NCBI GenBank assembly: GCA_052327205.1
Contig: CM126209.1
Coordinates: 195,486,001 to 195,550,000 of the forward strand
Direction of reading: 5' to 3'
Length of the DNA stretch: 64,000 nucleotides
Source of the DNA: Somniosus microcephalus
Lineage: Eukaryota
In this document: positions 25,578-37,652 of the stretch, piece after piece
Layout of the letters: each line of letters opens with the position of its first letter
Position numbering within the stretch: the stretch's first letter is position 1
The notes under the pieces: model-generated
The model's database searches: none
What the model saw: the letters and a program-made list of their open reading frames with translations, nothing else
What the model was told of the DNA's origin: nothing
Position numbers and translations under genes: made by a program

Positions 25578-25726
25578 CAGTGAGTAGTAGAATACCTCCT
25601 GGACCGAATGCTTCTTCCCACACTACAACACCCCCTACTCCTCAGCCTCGTACTCAAACTCCAAGTCCAGTTGTTTCTCCTTCGTCAATGCTGCCCCTCT
25701 ATCCTTCAGTTGAAATTGACGCGCAG
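25578..25726 (+). CDS. ANKHD1: ANKHD1 exon (AVSSRIPP...PSVEIDAQ), phase 1-0
   Basis: ttgcag|CAG acceptor (NAGNAG) and CAG|gtatg donor; 149 nt keeps frame. Confidence 0.92.
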
Positions 25727-25988
25727 GTATGCATTCCGTAAGCATGTAATACACTGGGAAGTCCTTAGTAACATGGAAATTTATTGAATATATTTTTATG
25801 AATTATACAGTATGCTATTGTTGGTGCTTGTGATACTAAGATTTGGATGAAGTCAATTTATGAAATGTGCATGTTTCGTGATTGTTAATGATTTTCATAA
25901 ATATTGCTGCTCACTGAGTGTATGAATGTGTTGCTTCTATATTATGCAGTTGATTGTACCTTCATTGCTGTGCTGTCTTTTTACTTAG

Positions 25989-26100
25989 ACTGAAAGTAAC
26001 CACGATACTGCATTAACATTGGCTTGTGCTGGGGGACATGAAGAACTTGTATCAGTGTTAATAGCTCGTGGTGCTAACATTGAACACCGGGATAAAAAAG
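25989..26100 (+). CDS. ANKHD1: ANKHD1 ankyrin exon (TESNHDTALTLACAGGHEELVSVLIARGANIEHRDKK)
   Basis: ttag acceptor and AAG|gtatg donor; 112 nt; ankyrin consensus. Confidence 0.95.
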
Positions 26101-26203
26101 GTATGCATTAATTTGTTACTAAGACCAGCTTTCATTTAATTAGGATAGGTAAAACAAGATTCTAAAGCTGCTGAATTCAGTAGTGAGTATACTTTTCTGA
26201 GTA

Positions 26204-26539
26204 CAGGAAACTTTGTGCTATCCGGCACCGACGGGACCGAGCTGTTGCCGTTCCCTCAAAACTGCCGGACACACCAGCGTTAATGTTGAAGCATACGGAG
26301 CTTTTCATCTCCGTATCTGACAACAAACACTGTTGCTTAGCAACAGCTTCTAAACAGTCGGCCCGTACCTTGGAAGCGTCTCTGTAGCTTAGCAACAGCT
26401 TCAGAGAGACTTTGCAGAGCCTGACTGTTGGAAAAAAAAGCCACGAGAAGAAAAAAAACCTAACAAAACTGCTCCTGATTTTTTGCCGGTGGCTCGAGCT
26501 TGCCGGGCATTTAGCCTCCGGATAACACAAAGTTTCCTG
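26204..26539. mobile_element. Tc1/mariner-superfamily (pogo/Tigger-like) MITE, copy 1
   Basis: TIR CAGGAAACTTTGnnnTATCCGG; TA on both flanks; 336 bp. Confidence 0.88.
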
Positions 26540-28194
26540 TATAAGAATATATCCAATCCAGTTTAATGGGGAATCTGGGGAATCTTATTCGTGGATAATG
26601 TTGAGAAAGAATGCTTCAATTGCTTGTTACACTTTATACAAGGATAAGCCTGGTTGCCTTTGGGACGAATAGAAGGGTGGCTGAGGCAGGTATCTCCGTA
26701 TCAGCTGAATCCAGGTCCATTCATCAGGAAGATTCTTTTGCTTATGATTTACTATTATTTATTTTTTTCCTCTGCCTTCAAATTTCTCACATGCTTTTTA
26801 CACCTCGTGTGACTTGCAATTGGTTTTGAGTAATAATTTGATATTTATTGGAGTTTGAAAATTTGAATCTGACCACTGTACTTTCTGTAGTAGGGGGAAG
26901 GGGCAGAGTAGAAAGGAAATAGGCCAATTATAGCACAGAAACGGGCCATTCAGCCCAATGGGTCCATGCTAGTGTTTATGCTCCACACTAGCCTCCTTCC
27001 ATCTTGCTTCATCTTGCCATATCAACATATCCTTCTATTCCTTTCTCCCAGTGAGCACAGAGCTGCCTTACTGGACTGCATGAAGTGAAGTTCTTAGCTC
27101 ACCAACCAGTGGCCAGCAAACATGACCACTTCAGATGTTCTGCATGTGTTGTCAGGGTGGCATCATCTCTGGAAGTGTCCATAGAAACCACCTCCTCTGG
27201 AAGCAGCACTGATAACTCATCTTCATATGATTTGGGGATAAGTTTGCTCCCTATATTTCTCAATATAATATTGTATCCATTCCATTTATATTGCACCCCA
27301 TCTAACCTTTTGGAGGTGGACAGTCATTTTCATTATTGCTTTACTAAGCAGACCTTGGTATTCTGTTGTGAGAAGTCAGGAGTTTCGTATAACTAGACAG
27401 CTAGTAGGTAAAATTAACGTACAAGCTCCATGCTTTGTACAGAGGCTTGCAAAATGGCTGAGCGCCTACTTCCTTACTGATTGGCTGATGAGATGGATTA
27501 TGGGATATTCTACCTATTAAAATGTCATTTACAGGCTAAATTCAAAATTGTAGTATTTAAAATACCTGTAAGATTTCAACATGGCCATCCACACACTTGA
27601 ATATTATTTAGACCTTATTTATAGGATCATTATTGTTGGTTAACCTGCCCTTAATTAATGTAATGGTCTGCAAAAAGCTGCTGCCTTGGCGGTGATGAGC
27701 TGACTAATACAGACCATATGACTATCTTGTTTGTGTGGCTTGATATCAAACCGTGCAGTACATTTACTCAAAAGTTATCTCATGGCATCCAGAAGTTGTA
27801 TATCACTGGAGGGAGAGTCAAAAGAGGGATTACTTATGCTTAAAAGATCTTACAGGGACTTTGCATTCCCAACTTTCTTGTTGATGGCCTAGACTTATCC
27901 TCCATGAGCAGTAGGCTGACCTTGCTAGGTAAAAGATGTTGTTTTATTCCTGTCTTCCCTTGCTAGTTCCTTCCACAAATGAGATGAGTACCAAAGGTGC
28001 ACAAAAGCAACCCAGCAAAGACTCCCTGTTTATATTCATTTGGTGTCCCCTACTGCAGCATGGCTGAAATCAAGAATTCAGGGTGAAGATCCAATTTTAT
28101 TACCACTCTGATGCCACACATTGAACATTATTAGTTTATATGCAGTCTATCTAATCAGTCTATTAAAATATTTAACTATTTTTGTTCTGGTTAG

Positions 28195-28340
28195 GTTTTA
28201 CTCCACTTATTTTGGCTGCTACAGCTGGACATGTTGGGGTTGTAGAAATTCTGTTGGACAAAGGTGCAGATATTGAAGCACAATCTGAACGCACCAAGGA
28301 TACACCATTGTCATTGGCTTGTTCTGGAGGAAGACAAGAG
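28195..28340 (+). CDS. ANKHD1: ANKHD1 ankyrin exon (GFTPLILAATAGHVGVVEILLDKG...SGGRQE)
   Basis: ttag acceptor and GAG|gtgag donor; 146 nt. Confidence 0.95.
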
Positions 28341-28809
28341 GTGAGAGACCTTTCTAGTTAACTGTTCAGTAATGGTGGTTATATACAAGTGTAACACGGC
28401 AATGTTGTGGAAATTCCTTGTTGCATTTTATCGATGTATAATCTCTAATTTAATGAAGTAAGCACTAAGATTTTAAAACAGCTGTTCAATTCAGTAAGCT
28501 CAGACATTTCCCTTGATTGAATGTATTTTATGCAGTTTTATCAGAGCATAGTAACAATGGTCTGTTGCAGTAGTAATCATTGGTCAATTTTTTGTCATAG
28601 CATTGATCACAAAATATTGATACTAAATTTCATAGAAAGTAAAACCATAGGATGATTCAAATTTAGCATTTCATATACACCTTGTCTGAACAGTATTCTA
28701 CCTAATATGGAACCATTATTGCAGAATTATATAAACAGTGTTTGATAGTTATCAAATTTTGTTGACTTCAAATTCATATCTGAACTTTTTTGAATATATC
28801 TTGATTAAG

Positions 28810-28952
28810 GTGGTGGAGCTGCTGTTGGCTCGTGGTGCAAACAAAGAGCATCGCAATGTTTCCGACTACACACCTCTCAGTCTCGCTGCCTCTGGTGGCT
28901 ATGTTAACATCATAAAGATCCTTCTGAATGCTGGAGCAGAAATTAATTCCAG
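28810..28952 (+). CDS. ANKHD1: ANKHD1 ankyrin exon (VVELLLARGANKEHRNVSDYTPLSLAASGG...EINSR)
   Basis: ORF 28738-28965; aag acceptor and AG|gtatt donor; 143 nt keeps frame. Confidence 0.94.
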
Positions 28953-29061
28953 GTATTGCAGCTGATAGCTGAGTTGATGCAGATATAGGAAGCATACCCA
29001 GAAATCATCCATGTTGCCCTCTCATAAACTTAAAATGAAAATACAGGAGTGTAGATGAGAT

Positions 29062-29742
29062 GGGCCAGAATTTGCTGGAGTGTGCCTGGCTAGTTAGACT
29101 TTTTCCTGCACCCTTCATCTCAAAAATGTTATTCCCTGTAAGTTACTGGAAGTGCGAGCTGATAACAGCACAGCGAGGGCAATAGGGCATCTGAGACCTT
29201 GGTGAATGTTGGGACCAACAGTGTATCTCCTTAACCAGTGAGTTTGAAGGATTGAGAAATAAACAGAGGAAGGACTGAAAGGAGGGTGAATGACAGTGGG
29301 TGAATTCAATGTCAAATCAGGTACAGAACAAGAAATAGAGAGGGAAAGAAAGATTGGATTAAAAGGGAGAAAAAGAGAGCCAGAAAGGAAAAGTAAGAAA
29401 GAAACAGTTTTAAAATCTCCAACAACAATTCACAACCTGAAGGACCACACTTTTAATTGTTCACTTTCTGGACTAGAGGGGTTGATTGGCAGTCATTAAC
29501 AGTTGTCATGTTAAAAGGGTACTTGTGCTATTAATTGTTAGAACTAACTTTCTGTGGCAAGTTTAATGGGCAATTAATATGCAAATTCAGCAACTTCGGA
29601 GGTTACGGGCAAAATGCTGTTTTTACGAAGCCAATGACTGCAATTCATGGGGTATCTCTTCCTCACCAAGTTGCTGGCTCATTTGCACATTAATAATGGC
29701 ATGTGTCGGTCACCTGTTATTTTTTTCAGCAACTTCTGGCCC
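29062..29742. mobile_element. Older Harbinger-type MITE (681 bp)
   Basis: TIR GGGCCAGAATTTGCTG / CAGCAACTTCTGGCCC (16 bp, 1 mismatch); flanks GAT and TAT (imperfect 3-bp TSD). Confidence 0.7.
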
Positions 29743-30587
29743 TATAAGGTGGAGGTAGTGTTTTACAGTTAATGTCAATACATATTCAGATAAGGAATGT
29801 TATTGGTGGGCCCAGCAGAAGACAGCATTATATTTGAGTTTAATAGGGGCGCAATGTACCATCATAAGTGTACTCTGCTTCAGTATATTCTTAAAATGGG
29901 CTGCTTGGCAATAGACATTACATGACTTGCCTACTCGGACAGGGAGATTCCTTTATGCCTTCCCTCTAATTTCCAAGGTCATCATAAAGGCAAAAGCAAG
30001 AAGGAATTGAGATGACTTTAATTACTTGACGCTGGCCACGCTGGCCACAAAACCTGTCGTTCTCTGACCTGTGTTTTTATCATGACTTGGCACTGCTGCA
30101 AGTATGTCCTTGATGGTTTTACGATATGCCTATATGAAAGTGTTCCAAGTAAAGCATGAAAGCAGTGAAACTGTTAAGATATTTTGATATAAGGTTATAT
30201 GATTAGCTGATTGTGTGACATTGAATAATTAACAGCTATTTAGAAATTAAATTTTTAAGAGCCCAATTTCAAACAAAGTCTGGCAACTTTGTATGAATGT
30301 AGGTGTGGAAGGTTGCATTTAATTTGGTAGGTGACAGAGAAAGGAACAAAAGAAAAGAATTAAGAAATTTTGATTAGTTTAAGCTTGTCAACAGCTGTTT
30401 CTTTCCTCCCTCTCCCATCATTCCTAACTGAGGATTTTCTCACCAGTTAGAAACCACCTTCAGGCATGCATATGTGCTAGTTTAATACATCATCTGCGCA
30501 TCTCACAATTTAATTTAGACAAAGAAAGTTAAATAACTACAGAAACTTTGTAAACACACAATTCCTAACATGCTTATTCTTTTGCAG

Positions 30588-30801
30588 GACTGGTAGCAAA
30601 TTGGGGATTTCTCCTCTGATGTTAGCTGCTATGAATGGCCATGTGGCATCAGTGAAACTGCTGCTTGATATGGGCTCTGACATCAATGCCCAGATTGAGA
30701 CCAATAGAAACACTGCCCTTACTCTGGCCTGTTTCCAAGGTCGAGCAGAAGTTGTCAGCCTACTGTTGGATAGGAAGGCAAATGTTGAGCACAGAGCGAA
30801 G
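30588..30801 (+). CDS. ANKHD1: ANKHD1 ankyrin exon (TGSKLGISPLMLAAMNGH...VEHRAK)
   Basis: tttgcag acceptor and AAG|gtaac donor; 214 nt; GRAEVV is ANKHD1-type. Confidence 0.95.
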
Positions 30802-31781
30802 GTAACACTGTTTTATTGTTTATTAAAACATATAAATGTATAAAGGGCAACCCCCTCAGGCTTACAATATATTGTGCTAAATGATCAACATTTTAGCAAG
30901 AACATTTGACTTCAGTACTCCCCTCACTAGTTTATTTGAACGACATGTAGCACAGGCTGAACATTTTTATTTAGTTTTAGCTTCACAATTATTATGTCAC
31001 TATTCCTGTTGCATTTGAATTTGCTTCTGTATATCCCATTAATTTTATTGCAGTGGTGATTCAGGCTTCCTTGCTTATCCTCCAAGCTGTGTAGCACTCT
31101 GGCAGTCTGTGTACTTACCTGTGATTGGTTGGAGTGGATCACATGACATTGTCCTTCAAGCTCCAATTCCCATGTCTGCCTGGCTATTTTGTCCTATGTT
31201 CTCTGCGAATTTTCCGTTTTCCCACTCTCCTACTCTTGCTGCCCCTTCTCCATTCAAATCTGGGGTCACCAGCTGGACTAGCAGGGGGAACACTAAAATC
31301 CTGTTTCCCAACTCGGTGCAGGAAATTTGGGAACTAGGGAGAGGGAGCAGGACTAAATTAAGCAAGAGTTGGGATAAAAAAATAAACCAGAGCATGAATA
31401 GAACTATAGGGAACACAAATAAGTGGAACATTAAAAAAAAAGTAAAGCTGAGCTGTACTTAAATATAAAAGCCAGAGTGGAACTAAAAAAAGACGCAAGC
31501 TGGGAGCAGAAGTTAAACACCAAAGTGGAAGCTGTACCAAAAAGTTGGGGGGAGAGGGAGTGTGCCAGGATAATTATAGCATCAACAGTGGGAGAGAAGG
31601 GGTGAGACCAAGGTATCCTTGGGCTGTTAGTCAGCCTCCCAAAAATTCCCCGTCAAAGCTTCTCACTTTTTTAGTCCAGCTTCCACTCGGGTGGGATTAT
31701 TTTTAACTTCCACCCCCAATTGAGTTTGCATTTTTGTAGAATGCTAATTTAAAAAAAAATCAAGTCTGCACATCCTGAAAC

Positions 31782-31915
31782 CAATGTTCCCTCTAAGGTG
31801 CGCGTGAGCTCCCGTTCTGGTCGCTCACCAACTCCTGCCGCTGGAAGAGATACCGTGCATGCACTGCTGTGCAGCACTTTTAAAGGGACCATGCAAGAAA
31901 AAAGAGGGAACATTT
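31782..31915. mobile_element. Small hAT-superfamily MITE (134 bp)
   Basis: TIR core AATGTTCCCTCT / AGAGGGAACATT; perfect 8-bp TSD CCTGAAAC at 31774-31781 and 31916-31923. Confidence 0.85.
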
Positions 31916-32145
31916 CCTGAAACCCTCAAATTCTGGTGGAATGTGGTTAGAGGGTAGGGGATAATTGGACCACGGTGGACAGACATAATTCAGCCCCCAT
32001 TTCTAAGTCATGCATCTGTCCTTAATTTAATATTTATAATGGATACTATCTGTGAACTTGTGCTGCGATTATCCCCTCCTACCGGCGATGGCGCTGCAGA
32101 ACCTCCACTGGGTGTGACAAGTTTACATAGGCAGTTTTGATTATA

Positions 32146-32480
32146 CAGGAAACTTTGAGATATCCGGCACCGACGGGACCGAGCTGTTGCCGTCCCATCA
32201 AAACTGCCGGACAAACCAGCGCTAATGTTAAAACATACGGAAGCTTTTGAGCTCCGTATCTAGCAACAAACCCTGTTGCTTAGCAACAGCTTCTAAACAG
32301 TCGGCCGTAGCTTGCAAGCGTCTCTGTAGCTAAGCAACAGCTTTAGCTAGACCTTGCAGAGCCTGACTAGTGGAAAAAAAAGCAACGAAAAGAAAAAAAA
32401 CTTACTGAACCGACTCCTGAATTTTGCCGGTGGCTCGAGCATTCCGGACAGTTAACCTCCGGATAAACCAAAGTTTCCTG
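32146..32480. mobile_element. Tc1/mariner-superfamily (pogo/Tigger-like) MITE, copy 2
   Basis: Same TIRs and TA TSD; 335 bp; colinear with copy 1. Confidence 0.88.
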
Positions 32481-33016
32481 TACCTGTGTACATATGCCCT
32501 GCTTGAACATTGTACATTGGTAAACATCTTTTGTTAACTAACTCGTGAAGTATTGAGGAAACGCTGGATCGTACGAAGTGCACCTGTAACGCCTGTTCAG
32601 GTGAACGTTAACAATTGTATAGCACTACTCAAAGATGATCAGGGAATTCTGGTGCTTTGGCCAAAATACCCCTCTCAACCAATACTACTTAAAAAAAAAA
32701 AAAAAAATTGATCATTCATCTTGCTGTTTGTGGAATGTTGCTGTTGCAGAATGTCTGCTGTGTTTGTCTACACAAGTCACTAAACTTGAAGCACTTTACA
32801 AATGAATTATTTTAAGGTGTTTTTACGACGTGATAAGGCACTATATAAATCCAAGTTTTTAAGGCTTCTAGGATAGCACATTGATCACTTGTATTCTATT
32901 TAATGGAGCATGTTAAACGTTCATGGATTATTCCAAAATCTTTTGGTACACAGCAGATAAAATTGATGCAATGTATAACTGAACAGTTTAATTTAACTGG
33001 GATTGTTTCTATTTAG

Positions 33017-33192
33017 ACTGGTCTTACACCCTTAATGGAAGCTGCCTCTGGAGGGTATGCTGAGGTGGGGAGGGTTCTGCTTGACAAAGGTGCTGATGTC
33101 AATGCACCACCAGTGCCTTCATCGCGTGATACAGCTTTAACCATTGCAGCAGATAAGGGCCACTACAAATTTTGTGAATTGCTGATAAACAG
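33017..33192 (+). CDS. ANKHD1: ANKHD1 ankyrin exon (TGLTPLMEAASGGYAEVGRVLLDKG...CELLINR)
   Basis: atttag acceptor and AG|gtatt donor; 176 nt. Confidence 0.95.
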
Positions 33193-33326
33193 GTATTTAA
33201 TAATTTGAATATATTTTACACAAAATGAATCCCTACAATATGATTTCATTAAGGTCCTGTAAAATTTCAGTCAAAAGAAAATAATTTTGTACATCATGGA
33301 TTTTGATTTTTGTTTGAATGCTACAG

Positions 33327-33489
33327 AGGGGCTCACATCGATGTTCGCAACAAGAAAGGTAACACACCTTTATGGCTGGCAGCAAATGGTGGACATTTTG
33401 ATGTGGTCCAGTTACTGGTGCAGGCTGGTGCTGATGTGGATGCAGCAGACAACCGGAAAATCACACCTCTTATGGCAGCTTTCCGCAAG
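33327..33489 (+). CDS. ANKHD1: ANKHD1 ankyrin exon (GAHIDVRNKKGNTPLWLAANGGHFDVV...AAFRK)
   Basis: ORF 33310-33549; tacag acceptor and AAG|gtaat donor; 163 nt. Confidence 0.95.
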
Positions 33490-35070
33490 GTAATTCTTGG
33501 TCTGTTCACCACCACCCCTCTCTCTTCTCCCCCCCGCCCCTTATTTTGAATGTTTTGTAATAAATGCATGAGTTAAGACCAGGGTAAGTACTTCTCCTCT
33601 TGATGTCTATTTAAAAACTATCAATTTTACTTTAATTTTATAAAAAGTTTGATTCTTTTAGGGAAAAAAAAGTCAATTTTTTGACTGCAGCATAGTCCCA
33701 TCATGTTGGGTCTCCTTGCTTCCTGGCCACTCCATGGATATCACTATAGGAGGATGCCACTCGCCTCATTATAGTGAAGCCATGACCTTAGACTAGCTTG
33801 GAAAGTGATCTTAAGTTACCCAACCCTGGGAAAAGCCCCTACTGTAGGTACACTGCATACCAATGTGGAAAAGTTTATTTTGACTTTGTCTCTAAGGTTG
33901 CCACATGGAGCAATCGTAGCTATCAATATTAGACAAAACCATATAACTAAGGTGCTGAGTTGCACCAGTGACATGCCTTTGTGTGTGTCACACATGGGCC
34001 ACAGAAAAAGGATTAGTGGTGTTAATATATTCTTTATTCCTGGTCGCTACCTTTTGTGTGTCTGTCTCTCTTTATTTCACCCCCCCATTTCATTGGTCTG
34101 TAAGGTTGTCAAGTGTTTTCTCTTGCTGAAGAGTGAGACAAAGCAAAAATGATTGTAGAGGCAGAGGTGATGACGAAAGGTATATAGATTTAATAAAGGA
34201 CTTTCACTGCCATAAATGCTAGAAACAGTCAAGGAATCACGATCCTCAGCGAAGGTGCAATGTCCTGCTTAAACCTCCTGTTGAATGTAGGAGAATTGAT
34301 AGACCTGAGAAAATGTTTTCGCAAGGCATTGACAAGTGTCAAGTCAAGATAAACCAGTTTCTGCATTACTGTGGTCTGGTTCATTGGTGTGTGAAGGTTC
34401 ACAAACCAGGAACAATTTTAGATTATCTGTCTGAAGTTTGTCATTTTTAATGTAATTTAACCTACATGAATAGCTTACTCTCTGACCTGGTGCCCCATGA
34501 GCTTTTTTGGGTCTTGTTCTTGGATCATTCTATTAGCTCTGCTTCTTTGGTATGACTTCAGGTGCGTTAGCTGCTATTAGCCTTGTATTCATCACTTGCA
34601 CAGTATTTTTGCTGTGTGTGGATAGTTTACACTCCAGGCTACCTATGTCAAAAAAATCACTTAATGTCATAAGGCTCTCGTCCACCAAGAATGCAGGATG
34701 ATCACTTGGGATTTGAGGTGAAAGCAAATAAGTGTTCTTGAAGGGAAATGTTTTTATGATCGCCTGGTTCCTTTTGCTTTCCCTTTTCATTTATTTCCCC
34801 CCTTGCATCCCTCAAATACACTTAACCTTAATGTATGTGCAGAGTAAATTGCAGCTAAAGAGTAGAGAAGATAATCGTATTGAAGGTAACTTAACTTTGT
34901 ATATATTGAAATGATACTGTTTAAGGATCAGAGTTTAAGAGCCGTTTCATAACATTGGGATGCTCTAATGAGACAGCTTACAACAAGTTTTATATAAGCA
35001 CAACCACATTAGCCTCTTCCTGCAAGCATGCATTTTCAAGTCTAATAAATGTTGAATTATACTTTTTCAG

Positions 35071-35166
35071 GGTCATGTGAAAGTTGTGCAGTACTTGGTG
35101 AAGGAGGTGAACCAATTTCCATCTGATATTGAATGTATGAGATACATAGCAACCATTACTGACAAA
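35071..35166 (+). CDS. ANKHD1: ANKHD1 exon (GHVKVVQYLVKEVNQFPSDIECMRYIATITDK)
   Basis: tttttcag acceptor and AAA|gtgagt donor; 96 nt. Confidence 0.95.
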
Positions 35167-35637
35167 GTGAGTACATTCCTACATTGTGAGAGATTCATGT
35201 GTGCACAAGAACAACATTTTTCACCTTTAGGGTTCATCTTCAGTGTGCAAACACTTGGGTTTATTCCCACCTTTCCATCTGTTTTTTAACTGGAATTTTC
35301 AGTAATGGAATCTGTGGTGATCTATAATTGAACCACTTCGAAGAAACAAAAGGGGCTTAACCAGTACCGGTGAGTTGTAGGAAGAATAGACTGGTTTCAG
35401 GAGGCCAGGATTGTTCTGACCCTCAAAGCAGGAGCCAGTGGACATTCATGGAAGCAGGTTAGGGCAGATATTGAGTGTCAACAATACAGGTGAGTGAGAG
35501 AAGCAAAGGAAAAAGTAATATAAAGTAGAAGCAAAACAGCAACAGTCAAAATAAATTATAAATAGAAGTGATTTGAGTGCAAATAGTAAGTTATCAATAT
35601 GATAGCAAAAGTTTTAATTTATGCATGCATTAGTATC

Positions 35638-35790
35638 AGCCGTGGCTCAGCGGATAGCAGTTTCGCCTCGGAGTCAGAAGATTGTGTGTTCGAGTCCCAT
35701 TACAACAGTACTTCAGATGTACTTCATTGGCTGTAAAGTGCTTTGGGACATCCTGAGGTTGTGAAAGGCACTATATAAATGCAGTCTTTT
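35638..35790 (+). mobile_element. Short tRNA-derived SINE (head plus L2-type tail, central domain missing)
   Basis: A box TGGCTCAGCGG 35643-35653, B box GTTCGAGTCCC 35688-35698, tail GGCACTATATAAATGCA. Confidence 0.7.
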
Positions 35791-36358
35791 AATTTTAGTA
35801 AAAGTATGACAACAGTTTTGCTTTCTGTACTTGGTGCATGTGTACTGGAAATTCAAGGAAGAATTAAAAAGCACAGAATAGAATCATGGACCTCCATGGC
35901 AATGTATTAAAGTATCTTCAGACTAAATAATACACCTGAAGATAAACTTTTTGAAATTTTTAGTGATGTTTGGTTAAACAGGAAGCATAATACTTGGAGT
36001 AAGTGATATCTTGCAAGTAATTTGTTATTGCTCAGATCCACCTTGAGTGTTTTTACTCTCTCTTGGATTTTGAATGCAAAATTGCAGTATTCTGGCAGCA
36101 ATTTGCACTATGCAGGGTAAGTAGACAGTTACAGGATGGTGATCCATGACAAATCATAATTACTTAATATTTATACCATACAGCGGCACTTGTGTAGATA
36201 TCTGACACAGAACCAGTATACGGAAATAGGAAATGCTTTACTTTTGTATGTAATGTAGAAATGCTTTAAGTTGTGGATTGGGTTACCACGTTACCCATGA
36301 AATACGGGTATCTTAGAGATATGAACTGTATTCTATGCTCCTGGTAATTTGTATTTAT

Positions 36359-37200
36359 ATTCCATGAAACCTACCTCCTGCTCCCTTGACTCCATTCCCA
36401 CTAAACTGCTAACCACCCAAATTCCTTTCCTGGCCCCCATGCTAGCAGATACTGTAAATAGTTCACTTTCCTGGAGCACTGTACTGACCTTTTACAAAAG
36501 TCGCTGGTTTCACCCCTCCCTCCTCAAAACCCTCCACCCTTTTGTCCTTGCAAACTATTGCACCATCTCCTACCCCCCTTTCCTCTCCAGTGTCCTTAAA
36601 CATGTGGTTACCTCCCGGATCCATGCCCATCTTTCCTGCAACTCCATTTGAATCACACTAATCTTACACAGCATCAAAATGGTCATATCCCAAGTCACAC
36701 AACATTTTCTGTGACTTCAGTGGCTTCTCTTCTAGCCCCTGCACCATCACCTCTCGAGTCCCCCAAGGATCTATCCTTGGCCCCCTCCTCTTCCTCATCT
36801 ACATGCTGCCTCTTGGTGACATCTACACACATGGGTTCAGCTTCCACATGTATGCTGATGATACCCAGCTCTACCCCTCGACTATCTCTCTGGACCCATT
36901 CACTGCTTTGCTATCAATCTGCTTGTTGGCATCTAGTCTTGGTTAAGCACAATTTTCTCCAGCCAGACACTGGGAAGACAAAGCCATCATCTTTCGCTCC
37001 TCACTGACCACTGACTCATCTCCCCCCTTCCTAGCCACCGTCTCTTAATGAAATATGCTGTTTGCAACCTCAGTCGGCTATTTGACTCAGAACTGAGCTT
37101 CTGAACCCATGTCCTGTCCATCAAAAAGACTGCTTACTTCTCTCTCTCAGTGACATAGCCTGCCTTTACTGCTACCTCAGTCCATCTGCTGTTGAAACCC
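36359..37200 (+). mobile_element. L2-clade LINE RT fragment; its 3' part resumes after the Harbinger at about 41435-41690
   Basis: [35 protein letters not shown] and [11 protein letters not shown]; LADLHWL appears after 41460. Confidence 0.8.
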
Positions 37201-37470
37201 TGAGCTGGTAAATGTAATTTGAACTCTTTGTTCATGCAGAGGTTGAACACTGACATGAACTGGTTTGGCCAAGTAAACTAGTTTCATGTTGCACCTTTTG
37301 GGGGAGAAATTCGGTTGGTAGCGCCAGCGATTTAGCGCCTAAAGAGGCCGAGAAGTGGGGCGTTAGCCAATTTTCGGCCGGGCGCAGTGAACCCAGCGCC
37401 TCTTGCGATATTGAGTGGCTTTTAGCGCCAGCGCTAAATCTTAGCGGCCGCTCGTGGGCGCAGGCAGATC

Positions 37471-37652
37471 ATGACGTCATTTCAGTGTGCAACGCCTTTT
37501 TGGCGCCCCGGACCGGAAATTCAGTGGTGCGCCCCTTTGTTCCGCCTGGCACTAATAAGGACAGCTTACTGGAACGTTCCCCAGTGGCTCTCGGGCTTAG
37601 GGGGGCGCTCTTTAAAGGGGATTGTACTGGTATAAAAGCGGCAGCCATTTTG
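37471..37652 (+). promoter_or_regulatory. Putative transposase promoter: CRE palindrome, TATA box and YY1-like site
   Basis: ATGACGTCAT 37471-37480, TATAAAAG 37631-37638 and GCAGCCATTTTG 37641-37652 upstream of the transposase ORF; motif match only. Confidence 0.5.

Noticed and set aside
26204-26539. Intron-encoded snoRNA or scaRNA repeated in three introns
   Set aside because: TIRs with TA duplications explain the ends, and I found no convincing terminal C/D or H/ACA boxes
35638-35700. tRNA gene
   Set aside because: A and B boxes are present, but there is no complete cloverleaf and an L2-type tail follows, so it is a SINE head
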